From Kiritimatiellia bacterium (GTDB lineage Bacteria; Verrucomicrobiota; Kiritimatiellia; CAIQIC01; Lenti-01): 61,325 nt of DNA. Numbering within the stretch: the stretch's first letter is position 1; the number at the start of each line of letters is the position of its first letter. The translations under genes were made by a program, and so were the position numbers. Shown piece by piece: positions 16,459 through 25,693 of this stretch. The notes under the pieces were generated by a model. That model had not been told where the DNA came from, did not search any database, and saw only the letters and a list, made by a program, of their open reading frames with translations. The DNA lies in NCBI GenBank assembly GCA_017540905.1, contig JAFYAC010000011.1, positions 1 to 61,325 of the forward strand. Direction: 5' to 3'.

Positions 16459-19400
16459 CTATCTAAGAATGAAATCCACCCACTCCCCCCATGACATATC
16501 CCATATCGGCTTGGAGTCCCCACTCACCACCTCAAAAACTACATTGACCCCCATTTGCACAAAGGGAGAAATCCTTGCTTCCGCAGCCTGCATTGGTGTC
16601 ATGGCGGCAGAAAATCCTTGTTTAATTGGAATGTGAGCCACATCCGCTGCCACAACTGTGGATTTGGTGATTGCTTTGGTTGCAGCTTCAGATGCAGCCA
16701 GCTCGGCATAAGGTTGCATTCTTCCCAACATTTTGTCCGAAGGATCATCGGCAACAGTTCGGTAGGCGGCATATCCAACACCAACAATCGTCGAGGCTAC
16801 CGCATATTTGGCTTGGACAGCCGTTTTCGCGCCAATGATGGCACCCTTCACCCCCGCATCCACAGCGGTCTTGCCCAATTCAGCCACATTGGATAATACG
16901 AAATTGCGCAACTCCGTTCCAGACATGCCCATGGATTTTCCAGCCCGATAAGAGCTGGCCCCCACCGCATAGCTTCCTACACCATAAATTGCTGCATCAG
17001 CCACTGCCAACAATGTAATGGTTGCGGTAATCACAAATTCACCGTCAGAATCCGTATACGCTAACGGATTTCGCCCTGCATACGCATACAAATTCAAGTC
17101 CAGAGCATCACCGATCCACTCATCCGGGAACTCCATCCCCAGCGGGTCGGGCGAGGCGAACGAACCGAAGCGAGACAGCATGGCGCGGGCTTCGAAATGG
17201 TGCATGCCGGTTTCGGCGTCGAGTTCCTTGCCGGCGAAGCCCCACTCGCCGGCGACGTCGCCGACGGAGGCGCGGGTTTCGCCGTTGGGCCAGTAGGCCA
17301 ACGCGCCGAGCAAGGAGCCGTCGCGGCCGGTGAGGCAGTCGGTCGAGCCGAGGGCGTCGGCATGAATCCAGCGGATGCCGGCGGGCGAGAGATTCCCGGC
17401 GGCGGCGCGGGTCTTCCGCGAGACCTTGACGAACGCGGCGGCAGACGGGGGAATGTCGTCCAGCGCGTTGGTTCCGCCATCGACCCCGGAAACGCGCGAG
17501 GCCCACTCCGCGCGTCCGTCGGGAGCTGCCCCGGCAATCGTCCAGACGGCGTCGGCTCCGGCCCGTTCCAGCGCCTTGGCGGAGACGCGCCGCCCGAACG
17601 CGACGGGATGCACGCCGGGTGCCAGCGCCACGCCACCTCCCTCCGCCGGTGCCATTCCTTTCCAGACGCCCATCCAGGCCTCCGGTGCGTCCACCATGAA
17701 CACGGAATCCGCACGGACGCTATCCCCCGGCACCGCGTCACGCCAATCGTCCGCCGCCGTGTCGAACACGCGGACTCCCCCATCCGCCGCGGCAGTACCG
17801 AACACGTCCCGGACGGTTGTCCCATCGTCCGGCGTCCCGGCGACGCCGACAAGGTTCCATCCCTTGCGGAGGGGAATCCACGCGCGGGCCATCCCGGACG
17901 TTCCCACGCGGTCGCTGAACCGTGCCACGGGCACGTTGCCCCGCCGCGCACACTTGACGGGCAGGCCGTCGCGCAACTCGAAATCGGCGTCCACGTACAG
18001 GACGGAACTTTCGGTTCCCTCCCGCGGTACCACCCGCTTCCACACGCGCCGCCCGCGCCAGTCACGCCGGTATTCGGCGCGCATCGCCCCGTCCTCCGCC
18101 GCCGCCAGCCGCCCCCGCGCATCCCATTCGAAGCGCATGTCCCCGCGCCGCACGAGATTCCCGGCATCGTCGTACCCCATCGACTCGCCGGACGCCGTGG
18201 CGACTAGGGCCTGCGGGCCGGGAGGATCGCCCGGAAGACGTCCCCCGCGGCCGGAACCACCGGCAACGCCGCCATAGCGCATTTCGCCGAGGTCGGTGTC
18301 GCCTGTCCCTCCCGTCTGACGGACAAGGTTCCCCGCATCGTCGTAAGCCATCTCCAACGCCAATCCGGCAACAGCCCTCCCGCTTTGGGAGGGCCGCGCT
18401 CCGTCGCGGCCGCATGCCAAGCGCGTCCCTGACACGCTCAAGTCACTTTCCATCGACTCGGCCCGGACAAAGCCGGGCCCTCCCGTTTCCAAGCCTTGCG
18501 CAGTGACATCGCCACGGGAGGGCCGCGCTTCGTCGCGGCCGCCGGCCCGGACGGAGCCGGGCCCTCCCGAGGCGGAATCCGCGCTTTTTGAAAACGGTTC
18601 CTGTCCTCCCGCGACCTCGTCGAGACGGAACTCCACCAGCCGCGACAGTCCATCGTAGCCCATGGCGCGCCCCGCGCGGAACGGTCCGTCCCCGGACGCT
18701 CCGGCGAATGGCGCTTCATCGCGCGCATCGCCTATTCCCAAAACGTTGGAAAGCCGGTCGTAGCTGTAGTCGAAATCGCACAGCGTCTCTCCGGCGGTCT
18801 CGCCGGCGCCGGCGACCCGCACGCGGCGTACGCGCCGCCTCGGATCGAACTCCCAGGTGGCGACGGTGCCGTTGGCGTTTTCGGCGCGCAACGGCGCACC
18901 GTCGGGGGCATAGCGCGCGGCCTCCAACAGCCCCGGAATCCGCGACACCATCCCCCGCGCATCGTACACGGTTTCCACGCGGTCCCCGTCGGGATATGTC
19001 CTCGCCACGGGCCGGTCCATCGCGTCGTAATCCCATGCCGAAAGGAAATCCAGTGCCTGCCCCGTGCCGGGGTGGACAATCCGTTTGACGCGCTCCCCGA
19101 CGAGTCCTCTCGGCGTGTAGCCCGTGAACTCGGCTCCGGTGTCGTCCTCGACCCATGCCAGCCGCCCCGCAGTGTTGGTGAAAGCGGGGAACTCCGCCGG
19201 GGGTTCGTCGTAGTGGTAGCGGACGGTGGGAGGGACATCCATGGTCGCACTGTCGGCACGGGCGCGACGGAGCGCGGCCCTCCCGGAGGCCATGCCGGAC
19301 TCCAGGCGCGTTTCCTCCAGCACGCGGTTGGCCCCGTCGTAGGCATAGCGGACCACCGCCCCGCGCGCGTCGCGGGTTTCCACGAGATTCCCCGCCCCGT

Positions 19401-22400
19401 CGAACGTGCGTTCGAAGGTGCCCGCGTTGGGGTCGTGGACGAAAATCCGCCGTCCTGCGCCGTCGTGGCGGTGGCGCCGCGTGTTGCCCATCGGATCGGT
19501 GACGGACACCAGCCTCCCCCCGGCATCGTAGGTGTAGCGGATGGGAATCTCGCGGACGGTCCCGCCCTCCCGCAACCGTCGCACCAGTTGCACCAGCCGC
19601 CCCAAGCCGTCGGTCCGCCGCGTCGCAGGGGTCGCCGCGTTGGGGGAACGGGGCTGGGTGTCTTCGGCATCCCATTCCTCGGTTTCCAGAGGCAGGTGGA
19701 AGGCAAGCGACTCCGCCCGGGCCTCCGGCGCGTCTTCCGATTCGGGTGGCTGCAGGGTCCGCGTTTCGCGCCCCATTTCGTCCCGCCAGCTGTCGACGCA
19801 CGCGGCGTCCCCGTCCGGCAACCGGTAATCTTCCACGCCGTTCTCGAACGGAAGGAAGGCCCGCGCAACCTCGCCCCGTGCCGTCCGGCACACGGCCCCC
19901 GCGTGGATCCAGTGCCCGGCATCCGCGCCCTCGGACACGGTCCCGAACTCCCGCCCGCCGCCGTCGGAATACGCGTGCGACACCAACTGTCCGGGCTTCC
20001 CCGACTGCTCCCGGTTCCGTGTCGTGGTGCGTTGCAGCCCGGACTCGCCCGTGGCCAGCCGCCCCGTCGCCAACCGCCCATCGCGTGCGTATGAATACGC
20101 CAGCTTCCGCACGGGATCCGCCAACCGGTATTCCCATTCGACCGTCGGCAACGCCGCCGTGTCCCCCGGCTTCACCAATCCCACCGGACGCCAGAACGAA
20201 TCGTACAGGCATCGTGTCACCTGCCCTGCCGGATCGGTTGCCTTCAACAAAACATCCCCGCCCAAGTCCCATTCGCCTAACGTCGAAAGCTCCTTTCCAT
20301 CCCCGACCTCGACGGTTTCCTTCACGACGTGCGTATGGAAAACAGCATCCCACTCGAAGCGCCGTTCGTGGCCCGCGCCTTCCTCCGTCCACGCGCCGTC
20401 GCGCTCGGCCACGGGATTTCCCCAGGCGTCCCAGGCGGTCCGCCCCGTGACGATGGCCGCATCCGGCGCCACCCGCGGGTCGCCGACCGCCGCTGTTGCC
20501 TCGCCCAACGGCGGGGGAACCGTCCCGGCGTTCAGCGCTTCCTCGACCCGCGCAGGCAGCCCCCGCCCGCCAAGCCGGCCCAGCGGGAGCCCCGTGAACG
20601 CCTCCCCGTCGTAGTAGGTCCGCCGTTCCGACACGAAGGCCCCGTACTCGTCCGTCACGCGCTCTCGGCAAGGCTTGCCGAGAATCCACGCATTCAAGTC
20701 GATGGCGTAATCCGTCACGGTGAACCGTTCGTCGTCAGGCGTGGTACTGGCACTTGTCTTGCGCTCCGGCCGCGACGAAGCGCGGCCCTCCCCATCGGAT
20801 GCATCGCCTTGGGAGGGCCCGGCTTCGTCCGGGCCGTCGTCCGCGGGGCTCGACTGGGACGCTCCATCCACGCCTCTTGCGTCCGGCCGCGACGAAACGC
20901 GGCCCTCCCCATCGGATACATCGCCTTGGGAGCATCCGGCTTCGTCCGGGCCGTCGTCCGCGGGACTCGACCGGGACGCTCCATCCACGCCCCTTGCGTC
21001 CGGCCGCGACGAAGCGCGGCCCTCCCCCGAAACCACGCCCCACTCTTTCTTTCTGATTTCGTTGCCGAAAATGTCCGTTTCGCTCTCGGTGAGCACTACC
21101 GCCGGGGCCCGTTCCGGCGCGCGGGAATCCCTCCGACGCAACGCGTCGTTGGCTTCCGGCATGGTCGTCCGCGTCTCCGCCACCCACACCTGCGAAACCG
21201 TCCGCCCGTCCCGCGTCGACGCCGGAACCGACCATTCAGGATGCTCCTTGCCCGCCGCATCCCGGTACGTGCATCCGCCCTCAGGACCGTGGAGGGTCCG
21301 CACCCGCCAATCGGTTTCCGTGCGGCTGAACACCTCCCCGTCCGCCGCGAATTCGCCCGGCACCCGCCGCTCCCTCCCCGCGTCTTCCAGCACCGCGATT
21401 TCGCTCCACAGCGGACGCCCCTTCAGCGGTTCCTCCTCGTAGCCGCGCGTTTCGTCGAACTCGTCCACCATGCCGTCGCCGTTGTTGTCCAGTCCGTCGG
21501 GCATGCCGGTGTGGAAAGCCGTCCGGGTCACGCTCCCGCGGTGGCGTTCGTCGCCCCGCGCGACCTGTTCCGCGAAGGCGAACCCGCGGAACTCCCGTTC
21601 GAACGCGTCGTACCACCCGTCCGCGTAGGACAGCTCCGTCGTCTCGCGGTCCTCTCCCTCCTCCATGTCCAGGTCCACCCCGAACAGGCGCTCGATCTTC
21701 GTGACGGCCAGCGACGAAAACGGCAACCGCGTCCGCCACGGCCTACCCGCCTCCCGCGCCGCAATCCGCAGCTCGGTCGTTGTGGCATGTTCCAGCCGCG
21801 TCCGCACGCCAAGGCCGTTGTCGGTCTCCACCAGCACGTTCGGCTTCGTCCCGGGCGCGAAGTCAAACCACTCCACCGCCCACGCGCCCTGCGCCGGGCT
21901 CCAGTTCTCCCACACGAAGTCGGTCGTGCCGTTGCCGTTCATGTCGGCCATCCGCAGGACCGTCCTCCCCGCCACGAACTCCGGAGTCCCGTCCACTTCC
22001 AGTGCCTCCGAGAACGAGAGGTTTCCGAGATTCACCCAGTAGCGCAACCGGTCGTAGGCCACCGCGACCACGTCGGAAATGCCGTCCCCGTTGACGTCCG
22101 CGATCCGGACGTTGTCCTCCTGGACATCCCCAAGGTCGATGTCCCGCGCCATTTCGGTGCGTGTTCCCCACGCACCGTTCCCGCGGTTGGGCCAGAAGTC
22201 GATTTCCAGCGACCGCCCGAACACGGTCTTCCGCACGAGGTCGAGCAACCCGTCCCCGTTCATGTCCGCGAGCTCGACGTTTCCGTTGGGCGTCCCGTCC
22301 GCGTTCGCGAACTGCACGTCGTCGGCCCACGTGATGCCGCCGGTTTCGGGCTCCCCGAAGAGATATATCCCGCGCTCTTCCCAGCGGTCGCCCCGGTTGA

Positions 22401-24408
22401 GCCAGTACAAAAAACCGCCCGGCGTCGTCCGCATCCAGTCCATCCGCCTGTCGCCGTCGAGGTCCAGCGACCGCACGTCCGCGTCCCCGAACCCGAACGC
22501 CGGCGGCGGCCCGCCGAAGTCCCGCTCCCCGCCCCAGGCCGCACGGCCCCCGCCGTCCGCTTCCGCCGCGAATGCGTTGGGATACCACGTGAAGAATCCC
22601 GACCCCGCCCCGCCCTTCTGCACCAAATCCACGCGGCTGTCGCCGTCCATGTCGAGGAGCTGCACGCCCTCCTGGTCCAGCGTCACGCCCGTCGGCCATG
22701 CCGCGAACGGCTCCGCTTCCGCGAACGCTCCCCGCCCGCGGTTCCACCACACCTCGTGGCCCCCCGTCAGCGGGTCGGTACGGAAGAAATCGGGCAACGC
22801 ATCCCCGTCGATGTCCGCCAGCGCCATGTCCGGGCTGCCCAAGGAGTACGGCGGCCCGCCCGCGCACCGCCCGAAGCCGCCCGCCCCCGGCGCGAACGGC
22901 TCGTACCCGAACCTCAACGGCGGCAGCCACGATGCCTCGGCTCCCGCCCGCCCATCGTATTGCGTCACCCGCCTCAGCAGCGAAAACGCAAGCGGGACGC
23001 CCGTCCCGACATCCACCCCATCCCCCTCGCCGTATCCGAGCGCATACCGCCGGATGATCCGCCCTTGGCTGGACACCCGGATTTCGCGGCACCGCCGCCC
23101 CGTCGTCTCCGCAAACCCACCCAGATGCGACGTGAACGCATCCTCCCTCGCCTCCCACTCGAAGGCCACCTCGTGCCGCGCCTCGCTCCCCGCCGCACCC
23201 CAGCGAATCCGCGAGGGATAGAGCCGCCCCGGCGAATCCTCGAACGTCGCATAGCTCCACTCGATGCGGTTTCCGTGCACATCCTCGGTCGCCTCGACGT
23301 ACCACGCGAACGTTGACCCGAACGCCCCGCCCGCCTTCTTTCCCGTGCGGGCCGACGCCGTCGTGCCCAGCCAGTGGCGCATGCCGTCGCGCTGCCGCAC
23401 CACCCAGCCGTCGCCCTCTCGAAGGGCCCGCGACCAGTCCGATTCGATTTTCCGCCGCCACGACCCGTCCGAAAGCGGCACCAGTTCCGCCCCGTCCAGC
23501 AGGAACACGTCCCCGTCGCCGTAGGTCGGGATGCCCTTGGCCGTCCGCCTGCGGATGTTCATCGGCTCCCAGTTCCAGCCCAATCCGAACGGTCCGTTGC
23601 CGCTCCCCGCGTTGTAGGCGAGGGCGATTTGCGGCGCCAGCCCCGCTGTCCCCGCCGGGACCTGGATGTCCACCCGGTACGCCGCCGTCCCGCTGTTCAG
23701 CTGCGGTTCGAAGCCGCTCCCCAAGCCCTCGATCGAACCCGGCCCGTCCGGCAACGAAATCTTCTCCACCCCCACGCCCGTCTTCCCCTCGTCCGCCCCA
23801 TGCGCCACCACCGCCGCCAGCAGCAATGCAAACACCGCCCAAAAACCTCCCCGCCGGGAGGGCCGTGCTCCGTCACGGCCGCCGCCCAAAGGACTCGTCA
23901 TGCGTGCACCTGCCACGCCCCCTGTACACGGCCGCGACAAAGCGCGGCCCTCCCCTGCTCCGCGCTCCCTCCCAGCACTCCCAGCACGCGCCCGGGAGGG
24001 CCCGGCTTCGTCCGGGCCGCCGCTCAAGGGACTCAACAGGCGTGCATCTGCCACGCCCCGCGCACACGGCCGCGACAAAGCACGGCCCTCCCCTGCTCCG
24101 CGCTCCCCCCCAACACTCCCTGCACGCGCCCGGGAGGGCCCGGCTTCGTCCGGGCCGCCGCTCAAGGGACTCAACAGGCGTGCATCTGCCACGCCCCTCG
24201 CACACGGCCGCGACAAAGCGCGGCCCTCCCCTGCTCCGCGCTCCCTCCCAGCACTCACTGCACGCGCCCGGGAGGGCCCGGCTTCGTCCGGGCCGCCGCT
24301 CAAGGGACTCAACAGGCGTGCACCTGCCAGCCCCCCCTCACTCGGCCGCGACAAAGCGCGGCCCTCCCCGTTCCGCCCATTGTGCATTGTGCATTCTACA
24401 TTCTGCAT
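16459..24408 (-). CDS. Fused TcB-TcC-like RHS/YD toxin (SpvB N-domain, FG-GAP repeats, TcdB mid regions, RHS core, C-terminal cargo) with in-frame REP insertions
   Basis: ISLPDGPGSIEGLG..F, LAYNAGSGNGPFGLGW, DIDGD/DMNGDG repeats, YDAFEREFRGFA, YD repeats, GKELDAETG..HFEAR...PDPL and NLYAYAGRNPLAYTDSDG. Start uncertain: ATG 24408 (just after the upstream stop) or ATG 23901; signal h-region FWAVFALLLAAVVAHGA at ~23845-23795. Confidence 0.85.
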   Translation of the reverse strand: MQNVECTMHNGRNGEGRALSRPSEGGLAGARLLSPLSGGPDEAGPSRARAVSAGRERGAGEGRALSRPCARGVADARLLSPLSGGPDEAGPSRARAGSVGGERGAGEGRALSRPCARGVADARLLSPLSGGPDEAGPSRARAGSAGRERGAGEGRALSRPCTGGVAGARMTSPLGGGRDGARPSRRGGFWAVFALLLAAVVAHGADEGKTGVGVEKISLPDGPGSIEGLGSGFEPQLNSGTAAYRVDIQVPAGTAGLAPQIALAYNAGSGNGPFGLGWNWEPMNIRRRTAKGIPTYGDGDVFLLDGAELVPLSDGSWRRKIESDWSRALREGDGWVVRQRDGMRHWLGTTASARTGKKAGGAFGSTFAWYVEATEDVHGNRIEWSYATFEDSPGRLYPSRIRWGAAGSEARHEVAFEWEAREDAFTSHLGGFAETTGRRCREIRVSSQGRIIRRYALGYGEGDGVDVGTGVPLAFSLLRRVTQYDGRAGAEASWLPPLRFGYEPFAPGAGGFGRCAGGPPYSLGSPDMALADIDGDALPDFFRTDPLTGGHEVWWNRGRGAFAEAEPFAAWPTGVTLDQEGVQLLDMDGDSRVDLVQKGGAGSGFFTWYPNAFAAEADGGGRAAWGGERDFGGPPPAFGFGDADVRSLDLDGDRRMDWMRTTPGGFLYWLNRGDRWEERGIYLFGEPETGGITWADDVQFANADGTPNGNVELADMNGDGLLDLVRKTVFGRSLEIDFWPNRGNGAWGTRTEMARDIDLGDVQEDNVRIADVNGDGISDVVAVAYDRLRYWVNLGNLSFSEALEVDGTPEFVAGRTVLRMADMNGNGTTDFVWENWSPAQGAWAVEWFDFAPGTKPNVLVETDNGLGVRTRLEHATTTELRIAAREAGRPWRTRLPFSSLAVTKIERLFGVDLDMEEGEDRETTELSYADGWYDAFEREFRGFAFAEQVARGDERHRGSVTRTAFHTGMPDGLDNNGDGMVDEFDETRGYEEEPLKGRPLWSEIAVLEDAGRERRVPGEFAADGEVFSRTETDWRVRTLHGPEGGCTYRDAAGKEHPEWSVPASTRDGRTVSQVWVAETRTTMPEANDALRRRDSRAPERAPAVVLTESETDIFGNEIRKKEWGVVSGEGRASSRPDARGVDGASRSSPADDGPDEAGCSQGDVSDGEGRVSSRPDARGVDGASQSSPADDGPDEAGPSQGDASDGEGRASSRPERKTSASTTPDDERFTVTDYAIDLNAWILGKPCRERVTDEYGAFVSERRTYYDGEAFTGLPLGRLGGRGLPARVEEALNAGTVPPPLGEATAAVGDPRVAPDAAIVTGRTAWDAWGNPVAERDGAWTEEGAGHERRFEWDAVFHTHVVKETVEVGDGKELSTLGEWDLGGDVLLKATDPAGQVTRCLYDSFWRPVGLVKPGDTAALPTVEWEYRLADPVRKLAYSYARDGRLATGRLATGESGLQRTTTRNREQSGKPGQLVSHAYSDGGGREFGTVSEGADAGHWIHAGAVCRTARGEVARAFLPFENGVEDYRLPDGDAACVDSWRDEMGRETRTLQPPESEDAPEARAESLAFHLPLETEEWDAEDTQPRSPNAATPATRRTDGLGRLVQLVRRLREGGTVREIPIRYTYDAGGRLVSVTDPMGNTRRHRHDGAGRRIFVHDPNAGTFERTFDGAGNLVETRDARGAVVRYAYDGANRVLEETRLESGMASGRAALRRARADSATMDVPPTVRYHYDEPPAEFPAFTNTAGRLAWVEDDTGAEFTGYTPRGLVGERVKRIVHPGTGQALDFLSAWDYDAMDRPVARTYPDGDRVETVYDARGMVSRIPGLLEAARYAPDGAPLRAENANGTVATWEFDPRRRVRRVRVAGAGETAGETLCDFDYSYDRLSNVLGIGDARDEAPFAGASGDGPFRAGRAMGYDGLSRLVEFRLDEVAGGQEPFSKSADSASGGPGSVRAGGRDEARPSRGDVTAQGLETGGPGFVRAESMESDLSVSGTRLACGRDGARPSQSGRAVAGLALEMAYDDAGNLVRQTGGTGDTDLGEMRYGGVAGGSGRGGRLPGDPPGPQALVATASGESMGYDDAGNLVRRGDMRFEWDARGRLAAAEDGAMRAEYRRDWRGRRVWKRVVPREGTESSVLYVDADFELRDGLPVKCARRGNVPVARFSDRVGTSGMARAWIPLRKGWNLVGVAGTPDDGTTVRDVFGTAAADGGVRVFDTAADDWRDAVPGDSVRADSVFMVDAPEAWMGVWKGMAPAEGGGVALAPGVHPVAFGRRVSAKALERAGADAVWTIAGAAPDGRAEWASRVSGVDGGTNALDDIPPSAAAFVKVSRKTRAAAGNLSPAGIRWIHADALGSTDCLTGRDGSLLGALAYWPNGETRASVGDVAGEWGFAGKELDAETGMHHFEARAMLSRFGSFASPDPLGMEFPDEWIGDALDLNLYAYAGRNPLAYTDSDGEFVITATITLLAVADAAIYGVGSYAVGASSYRAGKSMGMSGTELRNFVLSNVAELGKTAVDAGVKGAIIGAKTAVQAKYAVASTIVGVGYAAYRTVADDPSDKMLGRMQPYAELAASEAATKAITKSTVVAADVAHIPIKQGFSAAMTPMQAAEARISPFVQMGVNVVFEVVSGDSKPIWDMSWGEWVDFILR
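18387..18568. repeat. Four REPs (A+,B-,A+,B-) inside the RHS coding sequence
   Basis: Translated as GGPGSVRA / GRDEARPS / GGPGFVRA / GRDGARPS in the open RHS frame. Confidence 0.9.
19260..19285 (-). repeat. Single degenerate REP-A inside the RHS coding sequence
   Basis: gggcgcgacggagcgcggccctccc, translated as GRAALRRA. Confidence 0.75.
20766..21027. repeat. Tandem REP array (117-bp unit, 5 REPs) inside the TcB-like coding sequence
   Basis: ccggccgcgacgaa at 20766, 20883 and 21000; encodes a 39-aa repeat GEGRASSRPDARGVDGAS.SSPADDGPDEAG.SQGD.SD. Confidence 0.92.
23856..24370. repeat. Tandem REP array (138-bp unit, 8 REPs) in frame upstream of the RHS signal peptide
   Basis: Units at 23927, 24065, 24203 and 24341; 46-aa repeat GEGRALSRP...GGPDEAGPSRARA. 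Confidence 0.92.
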
Positions 24409-24415
24409 TGCTCTC

Positions 24416-25321
24416 TCACCGGCTCGCCGGACCCGGTCCCGCGGGGGGCCGACCTTCGCCGCCCGCCTCTTCCAGCAACCGTTCCGCCGCGCCGTCCGCG
24501 CGCCCGATTTCCGCATCGCCCCGCAACCCGTCCACGAACTGCCGGTACGCATCCCGTTGCGCCTCCTGCACCATCCGGCGCGCCACGCCCGCCCGCGCAG
24601 CCTCGAAGGGCGTCGTTTGCGCCGACCGCACCTCCAGCCGCTGCACCCAGTACACCGCGCGGTCCGTCTCCAGCGGTCCTTCCACCGACCCCATGCCCCC
24701 GGTCCCGAACAGCGCCTCCGTCACCTCCGCCGGATACCGCCGCTCGGCCCGCCCTTCCGCCAACCAACCCGTCACGCCGCCCACCGCGCGCGCCGACGCA
24801 TCCGTGCTCCACTTCTGCACCGCCTCCGCGAACCCGGCCCCTCCCTTCTCCTCCAGCCAGGTCGCCGCCGCATCCCGCCGCGACTCCCAGTCCGCCGCGT
24901 CCTTGGATACCTCCAGCACCCGCCCGCGCCCCACCGCCGGACGCGTGAACTCCTCCGGATGCGCCTCGTACCACGCCTGCATCGCCGCCTCGTCCGGATC
25001 CTCCCCGCGCACCTCCCCCACCCTGCGCGCCAACAAGCGCTGCACCGCCATCGCCCGCACCGTCTGCACGATGTCGTCCTCATCGAAGATTCCCTCCCGG
25101 CGCGCCTCCTCCGCCAACAAAACAAAATCCTCCGCCTCCGCCAGCGCCCGTTCCGCCGACTCCCCGTCACGGATGGCATATCCCCCCTTCGCCGCCGCGC
25201 GCACCGCATCCGCGACGGTGACCGGCGTCCCGCCAACCCGAGACAGCGTCCCGTCATCCGCCCACGCAACGCCTCCCGCCAGAACCAGCGCCACTATCGC
25301 CCATTCAAACGCTTTCATCAT
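24416..25321 (-). CDS. Secreted PpiC/parvulin-like (SurA/PrsA-like) foldase
   Basis: Signal peptide; LLAEEARREG; WYEAHPEEF; FAEAVQKWSTD.SARAVGG.TGW; GPLETDRAVYWV; PFEAAR. Confidence 0.75.
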   Translation of the reverse strand: MMKAFEWAIVALVLAGGVAWADDGTLSRVGGTPVTVADAVRAAAKGGYAIRDGESAERALAEAEDFVLLAEEARREGIFDEDDIVQTVRAMAVQRLLARRVGEVRGEDPDEAAMQAWYEAHPEEFTRPAVGRGRVLEVSKDAADWESRRDAAATWLEEKGGAGFAEAVQKWSTDASARAVGGVTGWLAEGRAERRYPAEVTEALFGTGGMGSVEGPLETDRAVYWVQRLEVRSAQTTPFEAARAGVARRMVQEAQRDAYRQFVDGLRGDAEIGRADGAAERLLEEAGGEGRPPAGPGPASR

Positions 25322-25353
25322 GCACCCATCCTTTCACCACACTTTCCCCTCCC

Positions 25354-25640
25354 GGGAGGGCCCGGCTTCGTCCGGGCCGTTTGTCCTTTGGACACGACAG
25401 ATTCGCCCCTCCCACGCCCCTCCCACCCGGCCGCGACAAAGCGCGGCCCTCCCCGCTCCGCGCCCCCTGTGCCTCCCGGGAGGGCTCGGCTTCGTCCGGG
25501 CCGTTTGCCCTTGGGACACGACAGACTCGCCCCTTCCACGCCCCTCCCACCCGGCCGCGACAAAGCGCGGCCCTCCCCGCCGTCGCCCCCCACCTTCGCC
25601 CCATCCCCAGCCCGGGAGGGCCCGGCTTCGTCCGGGCCGC
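25354..25640. repeat. Intergenic REP array (B+,A-,B+,A-,B+)
   Basis: gggagggc(c/t)cggcttcgtccgggcc at 25354, 25478 and 25614 alternating with inverted REP-A. Confidence 0.9.
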
Positions 25641-25693
25641 ATCCATTCCACATTCTGCATTGTGCCTTCCGCATTGTGCATTGTGCATTTCCC

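Noticed and set aside
16245-16523. Immunity gene downstream of the RHS toxin
   Set aside because: Short, overlaps the toxin end, contains a REP-like hairpin and has no protein-like composition; cannot be fully excluded.
16459-24408. T6SS-delivered Rhs effector
   Set aside because: No PAAR, VgrG or Hcp; the N-terminus is SpvB/TcB-type with a signal-peptide-like segment.
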